A stretch of DNA of 59,085 nucleotides from Chiloscyllium plagiosum (taxonomy: Eukaryota), in assembly GCF_004010195.1 (NCBI RefSeq), contig NC_057719.1:34484786-34543870 (forward strand), given 5' to 3'. Each line of letters opens with the position of its first letter. The stretch's first letter is position 1. Under the pieces are notes generated by a model. It saw only the letters and a list, made by a program, of their open reading frames with translations, searched no databases and was not told the origin of the DNA. Positions 52,511-59,085 of the stretch are shown piece by piece. The translations under genes were made by a program, and so were the position numbers.

Positions 52511-54030
52511 CATAAAACATAGAACATAGAACATAGAAAAGTATAGCACAGAACAGGCCCTTTGGCCCACGAAGTTGTGCATGTCAATTCACTGCTGTCC
52601 ATGTGCATGTCCAACCGTCGCTTAAATGTCCCTAATGACTCTACTTCCTCCACCAACACAGCTGGCAACACTTTCCATGCATTCACAACTCTCTGCGTAA
52701 AGAACCTACCTCTGACATCTCCTCTATACCTTCTTCCTAATATCTTAAAACTATGACCCCTCGTCCCAGTCAATCCTGCCCTGGGGAAAAGTCTCTGGCT
52801 ATTCATGCCTGTTCTATCCATGCATCTCATTACCTTGTATACCTCGATCAGGTCACTTCTCTTCCTCCTTCTCTCCAGAGAGAAAAGTCAGAGCTTAGCC
52901 TACCTCTCTTCATTAGACAAGCCCTCCAGTCCAGGCAGCATCCTGGTAAATCTTCTTTGCACCCTCTCCAAAGCTTCCTATAATAGGGCGACCAGAACTG
53001 GATGCAACATTCTAAATGTGGTCTCACCAGGGTCTTGTAGAGCTGCTGCAAAACCTCATGGCTCTTAAACTCAATCCCCCTGATAATGAAAGCCAAAACA
53101 CCATATGCTTTCTTAACAACCCTATCCACTTGGGTGACAACTTTGAGGAATTTATGCACTTGAGCACACTGCCAAGAATCCTGTCTTTAATCAGCGTTCA
53201 AGTTCGATCTTCCAAGATGCATCACATCGCATTTAGCCAGGTTGAACTCCATCTGCCATGTCTCAGCCCAGCTCTGCATCCTGTCTATGTCGCCCTGCAG
53301 ACTGCAATATCCCTCGATACTATCAACGGCACCTCCAATCTTTGTGTCATCTGCAAATTTACTAACACGCCCCTCAACCTCTTCATCCAAGTCATTTATA
53401 AAAAGTACAAAGAGCAGAGGCTCAAGAACAGAGCCCTGCAAGATACCACTCACCACTGACCTCCAGGTAGAATACTCTCCATCTACAACCACTCTCTGCT
53501 TTCTGTCAGCCAACCAATTCTGAATCCAGATAGCCAAATCTCCAATTATCCCATACCTCCTGACTTTATGAATGAGCCTACCATGGGAAACCTTATCAAA
53601 TGCCTTGCCGAAGTCCACATAGACCACATCCACTGCTCGTCACCTCCTCAAAGAACTCAGTAAGATTTGTGAGGCATGACCTGCCCTTCACAAAGCCATG
53701 CTGACTGCCTTTAATCACTCTATGCTTTTCCAAATAGTCATAAATTCTATCCCTCAGAATTCTTTCCAAAACCTTGTTGATTACAGACATAAGACTGACT
53801 GGTTTGTAATTGTAGGGATTTCCCTATTCTCCTTCTTGAAAAGAGGAACAACGTTCACCTCTCTCCGGTACGACTCCCGTAGAGAGTGAGGAAGCAAAGA
53901 TCTTCGCCAGCGGCTTAGCAACCTCCTTTCTTATTTCCCAGAGCAACCTGGGATAAATCTGGTCTTGCTCTGGGGACTTTTCAATCTTAATGTTTGCCAA
54001 AATTTCCAGCACGTCAATTTCATATTGCCT
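52511..54030 (-). mobile_element. CR1 5'-truncated copy with (GTTCTAT)n tail
   Basis: VYVDFGKAFDKV, LQGSVLEP, SKFADDTKIGG, LVRPHLECCIQFW. Confidence 0.92.
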
Positions 54031-54741
54031 TCTCTTAACGATCTTCCTAGAGGCAGGTTGTATGCAGCAGAGGTTAATCCCACCCCATCCCCACCCCACC
54101 CCCAAACCCCAGTGATTGTGGGATGGAATTAGCCCCATTCACATGTCAATTCAGGGAATATTGATGATGCCGAAATCTTGCTGGGGACGGACAGGCTCCT
54201 TTACTGAAGCCAGAATCCTGTAGTTAGCTAGAGACAGCATCCTGGCATGGACCGCCTGGGATCGAACAGCCATAGCCACATCCACAAGCCATTCTGTGGA
54301 AGGGCTCCATATCCACAATGATAGACTGACAGATGTGATGATGTGAAATGTTTCATTCTTCCCAAAGCCCTCATTTTGAGGTGAACCCCAGGTTTGCAGC
54401 CTGCATGAATACCCAACCACAAGGGATTTTCCCACCAATGCACCCTCATCCCCACCCCACAACCCTCAGCCCACTCCCCGAAACTCAAGAACATTTACTT
54501 TGCTTTTCAAGCTTCTCATGTGACAAGTCCCCACCCAACAGTGAATGGCAGGATGATGCCTGTAAGTGGTCACTGATCTATAACAATATTCGGTCGCCGA
54601 CCTAATCAGGGCTGAGCAGGTAGGCAGCAAGGTCCCAGCCTACTACCCTCTTGCCTGATTGAATTCCCAACTTCTCCAAACTTACCTTGAGAAAAGGCTT
54701 TAAATTGCAACCCATGTTTCCTCTGGCGCAATCAAATCACC

Positions 54742-54934
54742 ACAGTCTTACCAGGCCAAGGGGCTGATCTCTCTTTGGAGAGAGGTGACTGGTGGTGGTT
54801 TAACCTGAGGGCCATCACACCTCAGGTGAGGGGAGAGCTTGAGGAGGAGAGTCCTTCATAGTAACCTCAGCCAATGAACCCACACTGTCAGCAACACTGT
54901 GCTTCGCAAACTAACCATCTAGCCAACTGAGCTA
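54742..54934 (-). mobile_element. tRNA-derived SINE (same family as 31932)
   Basis: Minus strand TTAGCTCAGTTGGCTAGATGG...CCTCAGGTTAAACCACCACCAGTC. Confidence 0.75.
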
Positions 54935-55624
54935 AAAGGGTCATAGAATCATGATAAGTGAACAGCTATTCAGGACTGAAATTTCTTCAATCAGAGGGAT
55001 GCTAATCGTAGAAATTCTCTATTGCAGAGAGCTGTGAATTACCAGTTCTTGATAAAGTTCATGACTGAGGTTGATACCTTCTTGGAATCAAAGGGAATTA
55101 AAAGGTAAATGGAACAAATGGAAAGTTCAGGGTAAAGATCAGGCCCACTGATATTGAATAGTGAAGGTAGCTCCAGAGGGTCTGATAGCCCACTGCTGCT
55201 CATTTTTCTTACTTTCTTTTGTTCTTATTCTGTCTGACATTGAACAAACACTTTCTGGCAGGTCTTCCAATGCACCAAAGCATCATTGCGCATGTCATCA
55301 TAGATGTTAGGCAAAGTGGTAAGGATGTGATGAGGGGTGTGTGGGGAGAAGTAAAAGGTGTAAAGATGAGGAGACTTTTACTTCTATTATTTCAGATGCA
55401 TCACTGGCTGTAGTGTCTGCAATAAGTGCACTACTGAAGACGAACACTATCTCCTCCATCAGACTAAGGCCCTGTAGCTATATCTGTTCTCTGCCAGTTC
55501 AGTGTTGCTGGCTCCAAGCTGTGTGCTACATTGTCCTGTAAGGAAGAGGGAAGTGTGAGTGTAGTATAACCTGTTTGGCCGATGTGTCTAACATGGTTGA
55601 ATAATTGGCTCTGTGTGCAAGCTG

Positions 55625-55937
55625 TGAGAAACTTGAAAGGGTTCAGAAAAGATTTACTAGAGGGCATAGGTTCAGGGTGAGAGGGGAAAGATATAAAAGA
55701 GAACTAAGGGGCAACCTTTTCACACAGAGGTTGGTACGTGCCAGAGGATGTGGTGGAGACTGGTACAATTGCAACATTTAAGAGGCATTTGGATGGGTAT
55801 ATGAATAGGAAGGGTTTGGAGGGATATGGGCCTGGCGCTGGCAGGTTGGACAAGATTGGGTTGGGATATCTGGTCGGCATGGACGGGTTGGACCGGAGGG
55901 TCTGTTTCCATGCTGTACATCTCTATGACTCTATGAC
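55625..55937 (+). mobile_element. CR1/HER1 3' end with internal deletions
   Basis: Tail ...GGGTCTGTTTCCATGCTGTACATCTCTATGACTCTATGAC. Confidence 0.88.
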
Positions 55938-56121
55938 TGTATGTGGGTGTGAGACTTGCAACAGTACTGAATGTCTGAGGTGAAGCTTTGGATTTTAGGT
56001 TTGAGTTGTTATTGCTAGAGATTGTAGTTTGGTAAGTGAAGGGAGTTTGGTGACTGGAGTAGTGTGTGAAATTAGTGATGCAGTTGTTAAGATCTGATGT
56101 TTAGAGTTAAATCCACTAATT

Positions 56122-56330
56122 CTTACCGATCATGCAAGGTCTTTTGTGACAGCATTCAAGTTCTTAGGGCTAGACCTCTGGCATTGTACTGCCTTTGCAA
56201 AGTTTGCCAAAAATGCATCCTGACCCCTTGTGAAAGGATTGCATTTCTCATTCTTTCCACCTTCTTCACCAAGATGCCCAGTTCAGCATCAGAAAACCTC
56301 AGCACACACTCTCCCATCTGTTCTGTCATA
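56122..56330 (-). pseudogene. Myb/SANT-like DNA-binding domain remnant of Harbinger type
   Basis: LRFSDAELGILVKKVERMRNAIL...NARGLALRT*MLSQKTLHDR (cf. RFSxxELxxLVxEV...RTWxQCRKKFNDL), followed by GTAAG. Confidence 0.65.
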
Positions 56331-58146
56331 AATAAGTTTTCTTTCTGTTCAATTCTCCTGTATAAACATTTGCAGCTCCAGCCAGCTTTCGAGGAGCAGA
56401 ATGGCTCCAAGTATTGCTAGCCTTGCAAAGAGGTTAGATCACCCCTGAGGTATAAGTCACTCAGCAACTTTGGAAACAGGTTGTGCTTCACTTTCCCAAG
56501 TGCATTTCCTGGCCCTAACAAATGCTTACCCCTTCCACACAACTACCCAAAGAATTTCCTAAGATTGCTACGGTCTGAATCTTAGGTTAGTTTTCTCAAT
56601 CACCATACCCTCTGCAATTAAAATGTCATTTCTAATGCAACTGCGACTGTTCACACTTGCATTCAAACTAATTAAAGGACTTGTGTGTATTTTCCGTGTG
56701 TTATTGTCAAGGATTGAGTTTGCTCATGCAGTGACTAGCTCGCTATACACAGCTTTTAACTGTACTCAGGAGATCTTTATGATCCAAAACAGCTTCCCTT
56801 CCAAAAATGACAAGAAATTTGCATGAAGTCAGAGCAAAACAAGAATACAAATTAGTGGACAAGTGGCAAATCATATGCCAGAAAATAAGTTGTACCACTT
56901 CTGCACACATTTTTTCTTCCCTGTCCCAATTTGCATCGGTGTTCAGATGAATACAATGGAGTAATTCTGTCATGGTGTTAAAAGGTTTTGCTTTGATGTG
57001 ATGCATTAAAAGGAACATTGACTATTTTCCTTCTGTGTCACATCATCCATCTTAGTATTAAGTGCATTTTCTGGTTGTGTGCATGGCAATCCTCTTTGAC
57101 AAACATTTGAACTGATGGTGGCCATATGCATCATTACTGAATGGGGAACAAACAAAGTTGAAGGACAAAAAGAATAAGGTAATAAAGCAAGCCATTCATT
57201 CTGAAAGGGATTGAAATAAAGGATGACATTTTTTTTGCAGCTGTCACAGCTGCATTACTTTCTATTGGGAGACAACAGCTAAACAATTAGACTTCAGTCT
57301 GCCTTCCTTCTGAATTCATACAGCAATTTATTATAATGAATGGATTCAATTAAAATGGAAATGTATTAAAAATGACTGCCTGCTGCATAACTATATACAT
57401 GAAAATAGTTAGATACAAGCTGTTGTGACAGATTACATGCTGACTTTGACAAAAATGAATAGAAAGGTCATCATATTGTGCTCATACCAATTTATTTTTA
57501 ATACAGCACTGCCCACATATATCATAATCTATTTATGAAATTATTAATATATATAAATTGTATCAATGTATTGTGCTTCAAATCATAAGGGAAGAGCTTT
57601 TGACTAAACAAAGATGTTCTGATTCAGCACTCGAAATAAGAAGTGGAATTATTGTACACTGAAATATGAAGTCACATCTGCAAAGTTTTTCTGGGCTTCT
57701 GTGCTTCTGGGAGACATCTGCCTGACTGAAAGGTCATCACCTCAGAATCTGCCTTTTGCTGTACCACAAATGCAATGTCATGTCAAGAACTACAATATTA
57801 ATGGCTGCAAATTTGACACTGGCAACGAACCTTTACACCTCCAGAACATTCTGGATTGAAGTTGGACATATTTGCAACATTGTAAGTGTTGTTGCCTATC
57901 AGTCAGAAGAGAGAGTCTCTAATCAACGATAGCTAATGACATTGTGCTTTCTCTGCCAAAGCAAAAGCAGGCAAAACAAGTAAACCAGATTTTGCTCAGA
58001 TTGCAGATTCTCCTTGTGGCAGAGAGTGGCATTGACTGGTTACCCAAAACAGTACTCAAACCTTTCACCCAGGTATTCTTCCCTCGTGTGACAAATACAG
58101 TGAGTCAACTCAGACTTTAATTAAACAAACCTTTCCTTATTTTACC

Positions 58147-58280
58147 CAAAAGTAGAAGTTGCTGAAAAAGCTCAGCAGGTCTGGCAGCATCTGTGAAGAG
58201 AATCTGTTGCCAGATCTGCTGAGCTTTTCCAGCAACTTCTGTTTCTGTTTCTGATTTATAGCATCTGCAATTCTTTCGGG
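58147..58280. mobile_element. Palindromic mini-PLE end fragment
   Basis: AGAAGTTGCTGAAAAAGCTCAGCAGGTCTGGCAGCA / TGTTGCCAGATCTGCTGAGCTTTTCCAGCAACTTCT, then an AGCATCTGCA end. Confidence 0.7.
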
Positions 58281-58745
58281 TCCTTCTTTATTTTAAATCG
58301 TTAAGCACCAATGCTCAAAACACATGTTTATTGCAATATTTACTTATTACTTCATCTAACTGCAACTTAATTCACATTCAACACTAATTCTAACTCTAAC
58401 TCTATAAGTTTGGCTTGAAACTAATACAACTGCACTTCAAGTGAAGTGGTCAAATTTTGCTCTCTGTAGATCTTGCCTTGTGGTTGTTTGTTTTCTATGA
58501 AGATGACTTCAGAGCACGTGCTTCCCAAATGTGGTCACAAAGGCTCACTCCTGCAAAATCCTTCATTCTGCTGACTTTTATCATAAGATATGCTCAATTT
58601 CCAGGAAGCTCTCTAGAACTCAGCCAATGAATTGTCCAAACCCTGATTCCAGCCAACGTTTATACCAAGTCGTAAACAGCCACATGCCATACTCCATATA
58701 AGGTACTATGATGCCAGTATCTCTATCAGGCCTTTATATTTGGTC

Positions 58746-59002
58746 AGAGCTGGAAATGTGTTGCTGGAAAAGCGCAGCAGGTCAGGCAGCATCCAGGGAA
58801 CAGGAGAATCGACGTTTCGGGCATAAGCCCTTCTTCAGGAATGGGGAAAGTTTGTCCAGCAGGCTAAGATAAAAGGTAGGGAGGAGGGACTTGGGAGAGG
58901 GGCGTCGGAAATGTGATAGGTGGAAAGAGGTCAAGGTGAGGGTGATAGGTCAGACTGGGGTGGGGGCGGAGAGGTCGGGAAGAAGATCTCAGGTTAGGAA
59001 GG
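58746..59002 (-). mobile_element. PLE family A pLTR/3' region
   Basis: Reverse complement of 4588-4687 plus an upstream pyrimidine-rich tract. Confidence 0.85.
58807..58842 (-). ncRNA. Minimal hammerhead ribozyme motif (family A)
   Basis: Minus strand CUGAAGA-A-GGGC-UUAU-GCCC-GAAAC-GUC (core 58811-58838). Confidence 0.72.
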
Positions 59003-59007
59003 TTAGG

Positions 59008-59085
59008 AATTTTAGTATGGCCAATTCACCTGACCTGCACATCTTTGGACTGTGGGAGGAAACCGGAGCACCCGGAGGAAACCCA
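59008..59085 (-). mobile_element. HE1 SINE internal fragment, runs off the window
   Basis: CCTGACCTGCACATCTTTGGACTGTGGGAGGAAACCGGAGCACCCGGAGGAAACCCA. Confidence 0.85.

Overview
Repeat-dense, AT-rich eukaryotic genomic DNA, almost certainly from a shark or other elasmobranch. This is inferred from HE1-type SINEs with CR1/HER1-type LINE tails. I found no convincing host protein-coding exon; every ORF with a recognisable protein motif is a broken transposon ORF. Content: many CR1-clade LINE copies (two near full length, 10011-13730 and 39783-43914), HE1 and other tRNA-derived SINEs, and an ~8.1 kb array of a quasi-palindromic 29-bp satellite (13733-21873, with N gaps). There are also Penelope-like elements (PLEs) of at least three families, a decayed Gypsy gag/protease and Harbinger remnants. 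The most notable signal is about a dozen PLE-derived pieces, many tiny and non-coding, several self-inverted and bounded by 8-15 bp target-site duplications (TSDs). Five carry intact minimal hammerhead-ribozyme cores. Also notable is a 52-bp SINE tail flanked by a perfect 75-bp duplication. Coordinates of decayed repeats are approximate, and family names come from recognition by eye, not database searches.
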